Assembly (NCBI GenBank): GCA_034226945.1
Contig: CP120462.1
Span: forward strand, 682,001 to 746,000
Source of the DNA: Picochlorum sp. SENEW3
Lineage: Eukaryota
Direction of reading: 5' to 3'
Length of the DNA: 64,000 nt
The position numbers and the translations under genes were made by a program. Below the pieces are notes generated by a model. It did no database searches. It saw only the letters and a list, made by a program, of their open reading frames with translations, and was not told where the DNA came from. Shown one piece after another: positions 30,155 to 43,062 of this stretch (position 1 is its first letter; every line of letters begins with the position of its first letter).

Positions 30155-33100
30155 ATGGTTTCGAGCCCAAAGCGCAAGAAGGAGGTTGGCTTAGAAGGTC
30201 ACCTAGCGAAACAAGACAAAAGGGTCTCATCTGACCCTGAGAAGAAGGAAAAGGGGTGCACCAAAGATGCTCAGGCATCTGAAGATCATATGTCGAGTAG
30301 ACCACCTGTGCTCGAGTTGGATGATGCGTCACACAGTGTCAAGTTTGTATCTGACCACGAGTGCCAGCGTGCTACAGTTGGTGAGAGCAATGGGACCCAA
30401 CACGCTGATCAGGAAATTGAATCGAGCCACGTAGGACAGCAGAGAGAGTCCGGAGGAGCGTTGAAGCATTACTTTTGGTATGGATTGCCAAAATCTGCTA
30501 AAGCAGCTCTGGTGCTTTGTCTCATTGGAACTGTACTGCTTATTGCCTACTCCATCACTGCTGTGAGTCTAAGTTCTGACGATGAGGAAGCACATATAGC
30601 GACAGTCATTATAATTTTATCCGTTTTTACTTTATTTGCGACAGCTGATGCTATTATTTATGAAAACACGCTGCAACTGGTCTCCAGTATCATTCTGAGT
30701 ATGTTGTTTGCAGTTGTAGTTGGTCTTGTCCTTCAATCTATGACTCCTACTGTTTATCTACAGGTTTGCTGATGATGGCAAGAGTTGTATGGTTTATTGT
30801 CACTCGACCAGCACTGACAAACTTTCTTCCATTAAAGGTTATATGGGGGGTACTGGTCATTGTTGTCCAGGTCATGTATGTTATTTGTGCATTGATATCA
30901 TGCAGACAATTTGGCTGGCGATTATATTCTCGCCTTGGAGTAGATTTTAGACGACCTGGGGCAATAAATATTCAACGACTGGCTTTTATAGCCAACTTAT
31001 TCAACGCATTGGTCAAGTTGGACTTTGCCTTCCTTGTGGTTGTCTGTGCTTTGGGTATTAATGTATCTGTTGAGGAGAGAGAAACCATCGATGTACCAAT
31101 TTTCACGATATCTATTTGTACATTCTTTGTCGATTTAGCCATCAGTATCTTTGGCTTGGTGATCACGAGCTCGACGAAATGGGGCAAACGAATACTCATG
31201 TTCCACCTGCTGATGCCTCTCTCTTATGCTGGGCCAATTGCAATCATGGTCCTGTACAAGACGGGGTCTGCAGATATTGCAAATGCTGGTACCTCTGTCA
31301 TCATAGCTGGATGCGTATTTATGGTTTTCAGATCAGCTTTATGGTGGACACTTCATCTGGTGGCCAAGAGCTCTCACATGATTCTTGTACACGGGCGGGT
31401 GACTGTTAGGCGTGACTCCTTCAGATCTTGGAATATGGATGAACATATGCCCGTAAAAGACCCTGTTCTCTATCCTTTATTTGAAGGAGCTTGGATTGGA
31501 AAGCCTACACCAAGCAATAAGAAGAAGACACGGTATTTTCAGTTGTCACATGATGGCAGTACACTTCGTTGGGGTTGGAAGAAATATGTTCGCATGTATT
31601 ACGTACAGGGCATTACCTACTCACCAGAGAATATGTCGATAACGTTGACGTTTTTGTTGGATTCTGATTTGACGCTGCTGTTTCCGAATCAGAAGACCTT
31701 CATGGCATGGAATAAGGGGCTTGAAAAGCTCCTCATCATGCTCCTCTCTCCTGAAGGAACATTGAAAGGTTTGGCAGCGGAGAGGTCCATAATGGATCAA
31801 TTAGATTCTTCAGATGATAGGGATAGAGGTATTTTATCCAGACTTGGCTTGAGAGCAATGTCTTTCGGCCGAACCGGTCATTCTTCCGGCAGATTTGAAG
31901 CTCCAACCACACCAGAGAATTCTGGGACACATTCCAAAGTACTCAAGACACCATCAACTGAGCAGCTCCAAAGGAGACAAAAAATGGCTTCGTATCTGTT
32001 TCACACAAGCAGTGGCGAGATTAAATCGCCGATTTCATGGTTTTTAGGGAAGAAGCCTGTGGAGAATGATTTGAAAATGTCAGCTGGTCAGACTATGATA
32101 TCAGTCGGCACGCAAACAGATCCCAATGAATTGCGGCGTCTATCAATTTCCCCTCGATATAAAACAGATGAAGAGAAGACGGCAGACGTCGCCGCTGAAT
32201 ATGCTGCAATGCTCAACATGCCAGGGTTTGGGACACCAGAACTCAAAGACTCTGATAGTGGCGTGCCCAAGACACACTCCATGATTCGGGATAGTGGCAC
32301 TGCTCCTCTATCTCCTATGGCATTATCCAGCGATAGAAATAAACATAGTATTGATTTCCTCGAAACATCTCCCAGTCTCCGGTCAGGGGCAGCAGCAAAC
32401 CTGGCAGTGTCAGTAGATGTGATTGATTTTGATGCTCTTTCAGTTGGAAAATTACTAGGCTCGGGGTCAGAGGGGGACGTTCATGCCGCATGGTACCTAG
32501 AAACACCTGTAGCCGTCAAAAGATTCAACAACTTTGACGACGCTTCCTATGAAGCAGGCATGTACCTTGCAGTAGGACTACATGACAATGTCGTCTCCCT
32601 GAGGGCCCTCTGTCAACATGATGATGACATCTACCTCATCATGGAATATTGCCCTCGAGGTAACCTTGATAGTATGTTGCATTATTCTGCCCCGTCGCAG
32701 TGGGATCCAGCGAAATTATTGCCTCTCATTAGGGCCATTGCAAGAGCCATGCATCACCTGCATTCCAGAAACATTCTTCATCGGGATTTGAAGCCAGCGT
32801 ACGTTGCCAAGACATATACATAAATATATAACTAGAATACCTCATCTGAATCATGTGCAATGCAGAAATATATTCATCGGCCATGGCCAAACCATGAAAG
32901 TGGGTGACTTTGGAATGTCATGTATTGTTTCCAATGACCCACCTGATGAGTACGATGATCAGAACAAATTCGTCAAAAATGGCAAAGATGTGTTAGAGCT
33001 TGTGGGTAGTATGCAATACACCGCTCCAGAACTCGTCAATCCTGAACTACAATCCTCCAAAGGTACGTCTCCTATCAGTACTACTACAAAACCCACGTCT

Positions 33101-33435
33101 TACCTCACTCTGTATCCCTCATACATTCAGATGTCTTAGATTGGGCTAAAAAGCTGGATGTCTGGTCTTTTGGAATCACTGTCTGGGAAATATTGGAAAG
33201 AAAAAGGCCATTTGAAGGTTTAGATGATATGGCCATTCAATCCCTCTGGCTGAACTCTCCATACCAAGCTCGACTCCCACCCATTAAAATCCCAGAGCAT
33301 GGTATTCCCCAGAAACTCAAACTCATGAGAGGGCTATCAGATGTGATAGAAGACTGTACCCGCCTCGACCCAGACTCCAGACCCACATTCCACGCCATTC
33401 TGAAGCGCCTTAAAAATCTAAGCCAAGGAGCCTAG
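30155..33435 (+). CDS. Multi-pass membrane protein with a PH-like domain and a C-terminal TKL-type protein kinase
   Basis: Four exons; GT-AG introns 30699-30763, 32799-32865 and 33063-33130 all restore frame. About 8 TM segments, RYFQLSHDGSTLRWG (PH-like), and kinase motifs GSGSEG, VAVK, HRDLKPAN, DFG, APE, DVWSFG and RPTF. Confidence 0.88.
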
Positions 33436-33723
33436 CAATAGTGTGTCGAGGCAGAGCATTGGATCAAAGAACTGCTGCCATTGGGACTCCACCCTTGTTT
33501 GATAAACAAATAAAATAAAACTATTTAACAAATACCTGTGAGGTATTCTATTTGTAAAAGGAAAAGAGATATCCGAAAGAATGTGCGAGCGTGCGTAGAA
33601 AGCGCGTTTGTATTGACTGATTCATTTGGACCACGTGTATTCATTCGGGACAGCAATACCCGCATTTGAATTTTAGTTTTCTTGACTGATATACCAAAGG
33701 GGTACGACCATTGTAGATACGGG

Positions 33724-34392
33724 ATGAAAGTAGAGCACGACACAGGCGTTCCGTATGGCAGACCGCGTCACCAAAAGACTGGAAGCACGTCTGATTTAGA
33801 ACCAATTCAGAAGAAACAGCGACAGAGCGATGTACCTAGGGCGAACGATGAGCAGCAGCAACAGCCAGCAGGCGCGGGGAGGCAGCATAAAACCACGTTT
33901 AAAGCTCTTGGGAACTTGGTGCTTGCTATGAAACGTTTTCAAGGTGTGTATTATTGTCATGCTTGGACAACATCATCCAGTGTATCATGCTAATGTCGAG
34001 ACTGTGTATACTGCAGCTTCTTTGAATCCGACGTATACATATGGTCGACAGGGGTCGCCTGCTCCGGTGAGTTGTGCATCATTTTTTGTTCATGACACTC
34101 ATCTCTGTTTATGGCGTCCTGTGGACGCGTGACATCGATGATGATCATACCAATCATCACTCGAGAGACAATGAGTACATTTTCATTACTATCCTGTACG
34201 GGTTGTTGTATGCAGTGCACTGTGTCGGCAACGCAATCTTCGTGTGCCAGTCAAGAGGACTCTGGAGTGCAATATTCATATCCTGACAGAGGCCACAAGG
34301 CGGCTCTGCTAATGCAACCTTTGCCTGATATTCCTCAGACAGAGGATCATGAAGAAATAAAGAGCTGTCAGAGAAAAACAAAGAGCGAATAG
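33724..34392 (+). CDS. Small uncharacterised protein (three exons)
   Basis: GT-AG introns at about 33944-34016 and 34067-34216 join in frame: ...FKALGNLVLAMKRFQ/ASLNPTYTYGRQGSPAP/CTVSAT...YPDRGHKAALLMQPL. Confidence 0.65.
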
Positions 34393-34771
34393 AATAGATG
34401 GGCGGTGCCTCGAGAGAGTATCGAAAAGGTATCCAAAAGGAATCTAAACATCGAATCTGAAATATAGTTTTGGCGCGTCCGCATCTTCCATGATAGAGAT
34501 GCTATAGAGAACGGTAGATGCCTCCTGTTGGAGTGATTGGTTAATGTAATACATTGTAAGGTTTGCTTTCGCTATTCCTGTGCCTGACCGTACTACCAGA
34601 GGTCGAGTATCGCACTTTGTGCACCGATTTCCGATCTGTGCGAATTGCGAGGGACGATAACGTGTGTTGGGATACGGTATAGGATTTTTGGAAGGGGTCA
34701 TTGGCGTGAGGAGCAAGGACGGAGTCGTTGCATCTGTCGGTGGGCAGAAAGCGTCATAATACCGACACGCC

Positions 34772-37700
34772 ATGGACGACGACGGTCTCGGGATGCGTGG
34801 TCGTGGGATGGATTATTTCGATACAGGTGGATTTATATCTAATTCAGAGATGTGTGAGCAGTCTCGTGCTACGTATTGGCATCGCGTTGACGATCCCGAT
34901 TCGTACAACTTTTGTCCTGTCGAGGAAGGGAGCACAGATGCCTTTCTGTTTGCATCCATGGCAATCATTATTGCTAGTTTGCTCCATTTTAGTCGAATGT
35001 CTGCAGTGCTTGTTCTTTTCATGGGCTCTGTTATAGAAGTTTTTGTGTACAAGTATAATTTAGGAAGGATTGGGAACGCATTTACGGTGTGGTTGGGTGT
35101 GTCTCCTCCAGAGATTCTTCTCTATGGGTTCCTGCCTCCTCTCTTGCTTGATGCGGCCATGGGTTTGGATTGGTTTGTATTTACAAAGGTCGCCAGACAT
35201 GCTATTGTCTATGCGTTCCTTGTAGTAGTTTCAACGGCTGGTATTATGACACCGTTTATGCTTCATGTGTTGAATCTAGGGAGTTGGGGCTGGACCTGGC
35301 CATGGGCAGCCCTCTTCATTTCCACTGTTGCCTCGACTGATGCTCTGGCTGTTTCTGCTATTATTAAAGGTGCTTGTGGTCCAGAGGACTTGACTGTGTT
35401 GATGGAAGGAGAGTCTTTGCTGAATGATGCCACATCCTTGGTTCTCTTCTCTGTTCTCTTCTCATTGTGCAAATCAAATCAGATTGTTGACCTTTCCAGT
35501 GTGCTGCCCAAAATGGCGATCGAGTTTTCGTGGTTGGCTATAGGAGGCTGCTTTGTTGGATTGTTTTTTGGATGGTTGACCCTCAAAGTCTTGAGGCTGA
35601 TGCGGACAACAGGAGCAAGCAGGCCAAGAGAGTTGGGACTCGTGCAAGGAATGGCCTTGCTGACGTTTTATGTTGGGTCATCGCCGTTGGGGGTCTCCGG
35701 AGTCATTGCTGTTGTGGTTTTTGGTCTCTATGGTGCAGCGACATCCAAGTTTGAGCTTGCAAATACCGATGCGGCAGCACAGCTTGATGGAGTACAGAGC
35801 ACGCTTGGGTCTGTATTGAATGGCATTGTGTTCTTTTTGGGTGGTGCTTCTGCCACGAATTTCCTAATTCGCGCAGCTCCCCTGCTGCAAAACGAGGTGT
35901 TGTGGACATTCATTTGTATCCCCATCATTTATGTCATGGTGTTCATTGTGAGAGGTGCATCCATCTCAGTGTTCAACTATCTCTTTGGATTGACAGGACA
36001 AGGGTCGCTTGCATGGAGGTCAATCCCATTTATTACGCTTGGAGGTCTTAGAGGTGCTTTGTCTCTCATCATGGCGATGCAAATCGCTTCGGAGGCCTAT
36101 GGAAAGGACGTGGATCCTACAACTGGGAAAATCATTGCGCAGATTGTGACATGGGCATCTTCTTTTGTGCTTTTAACACTGCTGGTGAATGCACCTTCCT
36201 TGCCATGGCTTTTGAAAACATTTGGACTTTTAGAACAGTCAGAAGCGAAAAAAAAAGTGGTTAATCGAGTGACAAAAGCACTGGAACAGAAGACGAGGCA
36301 GATTATTCAAGACCTCAAGGCTGATGAGGATGAAATGTTTCGGGGTGTCGACTGGATGGCTGTCCAGGACTTTTCTCAAGGTAATATTAAGCCATCCTTG
36401 TCTAGAAAGAAGCGCGGATTTTGGAGTAAAGTAGTATCTTCAGTTGGGAAATTCTCATTCAGAGAGAGGGTGTCAGAAAGAGGGACCACAACACCAGTGG
36501 CTGCAGATATTGAGGAGCCCCTGCTTCAGGAAGATCGCTCTCTTTATGATCTCCAGATGGACGAGAATTTCAAGCAGGTTGATAATGCAGCTGAAAAGGC
36601 GAATAAAGAAACTCCGTTTATGTACAAGAATGTAGAAGGTATCGATCCAATGGCTGGCATGTCCAAAGTATCGTCCTCATCACAATTAGCAGATTCAAAT
36701 GCATCCTTGGGATGGTCTTCTCCTCCTGCAGAAGCAATGCGACCGAGTGAGAGTGAGCTCCATACCTGGTGGGGCACTGCTGAGGAGGGGGTTGGAGCTG
36801 GGCAAACCTCAAGGGAGCAAATTGTTAGTGCATCCCCAGATGCGTTGCTAGAAGCGCGAACAAGGTTGATTTGGGGCATCAAGCGTTACATCTTCTCAAA
36901 AAGACAGGAGGGATTATTGTCTCCAAACGGATCCAAGACATTGGCGTATGCCTGTGATGCAGCCATTGAAAAAGCAGAAACTCCCCTGGTATGTTGATGT
37001 GTTCACTGCATTCATTGTACATGTCCATCTCTCAACCTACTATACGTTGTATGCAGGATATTTGGTCTTCAGTGAACAAAGAATTGGTCGAGAGAATTGA
37101 ATTACAGGCCGCGGCTTGGGTGTTCCATTCGGCCCGCATGCTAGTCTACTCATCCCCAGGGTTTGCACAGCCTGTCTTGAGTCCACTCATCAAGTTTGCC
37201 ACATCATGGCTCGGTGTATACCTCGGGAAAGCCATGCTTAAATCCTGTGAAGTAGCCATTGCATATTACATGGCATTGTGCTTTTCCAAACAATCTCAAT
37301 GGCTACAGACTGCCCATAAAGACTCTCTACTACACTTGGAACTCATTCTCGAACGAGACAGAGTCTATCAATTCATCATTGACAGGGAGATTGAAGCACC
37401 GGCTCATTTCGAAGCCATGCAAACATATCGAGCTGAAATGGCCGTAATATTGAGACAAATGCAGTACATTGATTTAATATTCAACGCCGGAGTCATCAAT
37501 GAGGTGGAGCGGGAGAGACTCATCTCCCCAATAGTCCAACGGAAGCAGGTCCTGGAGGTCACAGGCCCATCAGGCAATAAATGGCAGAGTTCCGGAAATG
37601 TACTCCTCTCATTACCAATATATAGAGATTTGGATGACGACTCGAAGGAAATAATCCTCCAGTATGGCGCTATGAAAGAATTCGGAGGGGGTGAAATCAT

Positions 37701-38628
37701 ATGGGAAAGCTCACACCAGGATGCAGCCTATTCCTTTTGTATCATTGTGCGTGGATTGATAAAATCGGTATCGATTCGTACAGATGAATCTGTGAGCGAA
37801 GAGTACCTTGGTAGCGGTGCCATGCTGGGAATATTGCCAGCCATGACAGACAATAAGGTTCAACTGCCAGGATGGAAGCGCGCCATTGCCCAATCAAGCC
37901 GTCTTCAAAAGGGAGTTTTGGTGTTCTTCTTCCCAACAAATGTTTTGAAAGCAATCAAAATGAGAGCAAAACAAGGAGAAGCTCAATTTCAGAAAATGCT
38001 CTTGAATATTGAGCGAGAGTGTGCCATGTATATTCTCAGTGCCACCAAGGAGGCAATGATGGACAGCATTGCAGCACGATATGAACAGGTTGAAAAAGAA
38101 CGCCACGCCAGCCTCAGAGAGTTGTCCCACGCAGAGGATAAGGATACATCTGATCATTCTACTGAAGGTGAGAGGGTCCATGATAAGCATATCAAAGCAG
38201 ACGCACACAAGTATGCATCAAGGATGGAAAATCAGATTCGCAGGCAGATTCCACAGGCAACCACAACAGTCTTGGAACCCTACCAGAACTTTGTACAGCG
38301 ATCTCACATCATTCTTCTATCAGGATCAATTCAAAGACACAGCGGTGCGACGTCAAAGAAACTAAAGGCCACAATCTCCATGGGTACCAAACTCACAGCC
38401 CCATGTGTGGTACCTCTCTTGCATTCTCAGTACAATGCTGACCATGCAGAGGTCAAACCATACCTATCAGGACATGAAGGGGCAGTCATCATAGTTTGCC
38501 CAACACTCAAAAGCCATCTCGGATCATCAGAAGGAGGCAGCAACGACCATGTCGGATCGCTCTCATTCATGTTTGGAGACTCGGTATCCTTTGACGGAGC
38601 CTCCAGCAGCAGGCATTCCGCATACTAA
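34772..38628 (+). CDS. SOS1: SOS1/NhaP-like plasma-membrane Na+/H+ antiporter (paralogue 1) with a cyclic-nucleotide-binding-like C-terminal domain
   Basis: FLPPLL, ASTDALAV, MEGESLLNDA, SGVIAVV, GGLRGALSL, LTLLVNA and GVDW. Intron 36989-37056 joins the two long ORFs in frame. Confidence 0.9.
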
Positions 38629-38737
38629 TCATTTCATTGGAGACTTTTTATCCGCACATTTTCCTTCACCTTTCTCTGATGTTTATACACCTATTAATAA
38701 TTTGAAATAAATAAGACAGTGCCGTTTCAATCGTAAG

Positions 38738-39769
38738 ATGCTGCGTCGGTGGTATTCTTCCAAGACGACAACGGCACTGGAAAAGGCAGTCTCCGCCATT
38801 GTAGCCTCATCTCAGAGTAATTCTATCCAGACCCTTTTCAAAACGAATGATTACATTGTAATTGACGATTTTTTTGACAGAGATGATGCTATAGAGCTGC
38901 AGAGAGACATTATTGATACAATCCCTGACATGTCTTTGAATCAAACGTTTGTGTACAGCAAAGCCTCACCTCGACCACGGATGTTTCCAAAAGAACATAT
39001 TTTAGAGTATGATTATAAAGGCAGAACGATCGAGACGAAAAAGAACCCAACCGTCTTGGATTCGTTGGTGGAAGACTCGTCTCTTGTGACCATGTTCAAC
39101 ATACTGTGCCCACAGCTCTTTGGCGGGCCCAACCTTCTTGTCGGCCATGACTTGAAAATACAGTACAATAGAGGGCATGGAGGATGCTTTCCTATCCACT
39201 TTGACTCGGATCCATCGGTTGATTCACGCGTGGTGACATGCATTCTGTACCTCTCATTGCCAGAGAGGACACAGGAGCATGGTGGGCAGCTGGTCTTCTA
39301 CCCCCACACAGTGACCGGGGAGGACAGGTCCCCGATAGTGATAGAGCCCACGTTCAACCGATTGGTAGTCTTTGGATCGCAGACGATGGCCCATCGAGTA
39401 TTGCCCAATTTTGCTGATCGGTATTGTTGTACCTTTTGGCTTCAGACACAGAGACCTGTGCAGCCCATGAGACAGGATGGGAAGGACGATGCTAAAGCAT
39501 TGATGAAGAGATTCATGGAGTCAGATGATCCATCAGAACGGATGAGAGTCTATGAGCGACTGTGTTGTATACCAGAGATTCGGCGGCATATGATCAAGTA
39601 TCTATGGAGGGATGCCTGGAAGGCATCTCTTGAAGAATCACATGCTCCTTCACCATTGCGAGATGAGTTGATTGCATCCTTTGAGACTGAGATGGCAACG
39701 GTATCTCGAATATTATCTCCCATACTAGATAGCGTTGCTCGGTATGGGGATATCCAATCCATTGGATGA
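38738..39769 (+). CDS. 2-oxoglutarate/Fe(II) dioxygenase (prolyl-hydroxylase-like)
   Basis: HFD (HxD), RVVTCILYL, HGGQL, IEPTFNRLVVF, HRVLP and RYCCTFW. Confidence 0.88.
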   Translation: MLRRWYSSKTTTALEKAVSAIVASSQSNSIQTLFKTNDYIVIDDFFDRDDAIELQRDIIDTIPDMSLNQTFVYSKASPRPRMFPKEHILEYDYKGRTIETKKNPTVLDSLVEDSSLVTMFNILCPQLFGGPNLLVGHDLKIQYNRGHGGCFPIHFDSDPSVDSRVVTCILYLSLPERTQEHGGQLVFYPHTVTGEDRSPIVIEPTFNRLVVFGSQTMAHRVLPNFADRYCCTFWLQTQRPVQPMRQDGKDDAKALMKRFMESDDPSERMRVYERLCCIPEIRRHMIKYLWRDAWKASLEESHAPSPLRDELIASFETEMATVSRILSPILDSVARYGDIQSIG

Positions 39770-40168
39770 AGAAGGCGCGATTACACCCAGATACGGTATG
39801 TGCGGCTCTCGAGAGCCGAGCTGCTCCATTGATGGTATACAAAGGAAAGGAAGGCACATTGTCTTCTCAAATACATTTCATTATTATCATTGAGATAAAG
39901 ATATATCGTTACGAGGACATATATAATTCCTTCAGATACAGGTATACGGCATATCTGTGTGAATCCAGAACCAAACTGAACGTGTGCGTCTCCAATCACG
40001 GACGCGCGACTTTTGGCATTGGAGAAGATCAGCACGTGACACCGACACTCTCGGCTGTTCGTGAATTGAATAATTCTAGTGATAGTATTCATTTATATTT
40101 GACATAAAAGCCTTAAAAGATATTGGATTCTTTTGTATTGCACAAAGTCCGTGGTCGGTTGAATCAGC

Positions 40169-41529
40169 ATGTCAGGAACACCTTCGCGAAGGTCGAGTTC
40201 CGAGTCCACTATGGACGTGTATAAGAGTGATGAGTTTAGAATGAATTCAATGAAGGTATGTTGCGAGTCTCAAACTGTCTGTTTATTGGAGTTCTGTTGT
40301 TTTCTGTTGACGGGCGTGTATGCTGACGTCAGCAAGGTCGTGAGAGGACGCGCGTCTAGTCCTTTTCTCCATGAAGACTGGTGGAACTGATGATGAACCC
40401 GTGTTGCATCCTGCAGATTGTACAATGTTCTAAAAAGTACACACATGATTGGACTGAATGTCCATTCGCTCATCCGAATGAAAAAGCGACGAGAAGAGAT
40501 CCAAAAAAGTATTCCTATACAGGTATTGCGTGCCCTTCTATGAAGGATAATGGGGACTGTGCGTTTGGAGATGAATGCCCATATGCGCATAATGTATTTG
40601 AATACTGGCTTCATCCGACGAGGTACAGGACTCAGATGTGCAAAGATGGAAAAGCTTGCAACAGGAAGATTTGTTTCTTTGCCCATGATGTGGCAGAGCT
40701 TCGATCTCCAGAAACAAAGCCGTTTGTATCACCAGAGGCGCTGCAGAAAGCGTATCAAACCATGGGAGCACATAACATGCCAGGGTTGGTCCATCCGGAT
40801 GTATTTACACCTGTCAGGGCCTCAACAGAGTCTGTCAGACAGAGTCGTGATTGGGGCAATGCGCCTCTTTCGCCACAGTCGCCTGCTGCTGCAGCAGCCA
40901 TACCTGAGCACTATTACAGTATGTCGGCTCCGTCAGTACCTCAGGCTGGACCGGATACGAGATTGAATGAAAAGGATGTGGAGACTTGCAATAAGATTAC
41001 TGCCATGCTCCAGGAAGGGAAGATATCTGCAGATCAAGCAGTTTTATTGTTGGAGCAGTTTTTGAGTGATAATGGAAGAACGTGGCTGGATGAGACGCGA
41101 GGATCGATATTGCTGAAGCAGGCACCATTGCCTCGTCATGTTGCACCACAGAAAGCATACATGTCTCCAGAGACTGCATCTCTGGCGCAGTTGGCAGCCT
41201 TGCAGGCTATTGAGATGCAAATGCCATTCCATGATGTTCATAGATCACATTTGGACAACATGCGTGGCAGTGCGAGGTCAAGTTTGGATATGTATGGTCA
41301 GCATAATGCTGATGTCTACTCGAGTGCCAGGAGACTTTCCAGTCCTGTTGAAGGACGAGTGTTCTCTGGGGCACCTTTCGCTGGAGAGGGTAGATTTTCT
41401 GGCCCACCTGTAGGCCAGAGAAAAGACTATTGGAATGTGAGGGCAGACAGTCAGGGTTCTGACGAATCCTTGGAAGAGGGTCCAGTGGACATTTTTTCAT
41501 CTGCTCTGTTTTTTCCCTCGCAAACTTGA
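40169..41529 (+). CDS. RR-TZF tandem CCCH zinc-finger protein (paralogue 2)
   Basis: Exon 1 (40169-40255) ends SDEFRMNSMK. After intron 40256-40416: IVQCSKKYTHDWTECPFAHPNEKATRRDP...FEYWLHPTRYRTQMCKDG. Confidence 0.92.
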
Positions 41530-41811
41530 GAAAAGAATCTTGAAGAAGCGGGATTAGATGTTTCTATATTGTGCGAGTATACCAATCTTTTTCTATCAAA
41601 TCATGTTGTATTCTTCGTATTCCGTGTACATTTGATGAGGGGGAACATGGTCTCCTCTTCTCAGTAGCGTCATTTACTGTATTTAAATTTTATTTTTCCA
41701 CTAGTGATGTTGTTGTAATATGCATTCGTATCCGAATTACAATTTAATAATAAATCAATGCTGTATGCTATCAATGCATCACCGAATGCCGTCTATGCTG
41801 ATGCGTGCCCA

Positions 41812-43062
41812 TCACTGAAGGACAATAATGCCTCTGCTAGAATAATCATTAATATACTCCTCATCGTCAAACACAGACGTCTTGGCATTTCCTCCTGGAA
41901 CGACCAATCTTGAACTGCTACTAGGGGCCGGTAATTTCAGCTTTGGATAAATATTAATGTTGACCAATTCTTTTGTGTACCCATTCTTGAGCCCGGATGG
42001 AGTGCGTTCATTATAGCATTTGTCATTGTATGCATTGCAGACTTCTGGGAATCCGACAAAAATTCTATACTCACCATTCTTCCATCCGAGATACTTCTTC
42101 TCGACGGAGCAGCTCGTTCCCTCGCATAATGTGTTCTTGATGGCGAGTTCAGTAGGCGCATAACATTGGATGCACTTGGCACTCCACTCTTGATAGGCAT
42201 CTTCCCTCATCAAAAAGGTGACAAGCTTGGTCGGCTGCCCTTTCCCAATCGTTCTTGACACATCAAAATCCCATTTCACGCTCTTGGTTCTATTCAACTT
42301 GTACGTTCTGTAGGATAGATCAAAGAATCCCTTGTCATAATTTTCATACAGCTGATAGGATGTGATTCCAAACCACACACTGTCTGATATTTCGGGCGCA
42401 CTTGGATCATCGTTACCCTTCACACCGCATTTCAAGAACTCGTACGTTGTTTTCACATCAAGCGTTTGGTCCTTGCCCAGCACTTGCTTGTCCTTCCATG
42501 CCCTGATCCTAGACCTGTCAGACGTGAAAAAGTCAATCGTGGCGCTATTCTTTTTAAACTCGGGCTCCAAGGCATACTTCTTTTTAGGAGCAACAATCTC
42601 TGCTGTGCATTCCGTCGGAGCTCCTTTGCTCGCCGTGCAACCAGAAGATGACATCAAGATGTCAGGACTGGTGGTACTGTACCACTCGCTTGAATCAGAT
42701 GGCCCACCCCTCAATCGAATATTGGCTCCCCATCGACTCGACGCACTCTTCGGTAACTCCACCTTCATTCTCAATCCACACAGAGAGCCCCTATAGTCCA
42801 ACCCAAGGATGCCCATTGGTGCTCCCTGAGAAGACAATTTTTGCACATCCTTGACAATAGTCTTTTGATTCTCATGCCAAATGCACGAGGCAGTGAAATT
42901 CCCCGTATCAACCACATTCTTTCCGATACAGTCCTTTTCATTGTCAATTTTCCTGCACGTTGTCTCCGTCTCTGTCGATCCCAGACCCAGGCAGATGGGC
43001 TTTGCACAAGCACACCCCACCAGCAGCAAAAGCAACACGACTGCCCCTCGAACTGTCCGCAT
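41812..43062 (-). CDS. Secreted Cys-containing protein of unknown function
   Basis: Intronless 416-aa ORF with a signal peptide (MRTVRGAVVLLLLLVGCACA), many Cys and beta-strand-like alternating patterns. Confidence 0.72.
   Translation of the reverse strand: MRTVRGAVVLLLLLVGCACAKPICLGLGSTETETTCRKIDNEKDCIGKNVVDTGNFTASCIWHENQKTIVKDVQKLSSQGAPMGILGLDYRGSLCGLRMKVELPKSASSRWGANIRLRGGPSDSSEWYSTTSPDILMSSSGCTASKGAPTECTAEIVAPKKKYALEPEFKKNSATIDFFTSDRSRIRAWKDKQVLGKDQTLDVKTTYEFLKCGVKGNDDPSAPEISDSVWFGITSYQLYENYDKGFFDLSYRTYKLNRTKSVKWDFDVSRTIGKGQPTKLVTFLMREDAYQEWSAKCIQCYAPTELAIKNTLCEGTSCSVEKKYLGWKNGEYRIFVGFPEVCNAYNDKCYNERTPSGLKNGYTKELVNINIYPKLKLPAPSSSSRLVVPGGNAKTSVFDDEEYINDYSSRGIIVLQ

Noticed and set aside
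7602..41529. Segmental duplication suggested by paired TZF, GNAT and SOS1 genes
   Set aside because: Gene order and orientation are not collinear, and the two GNATs appear to be from different subfamilies.
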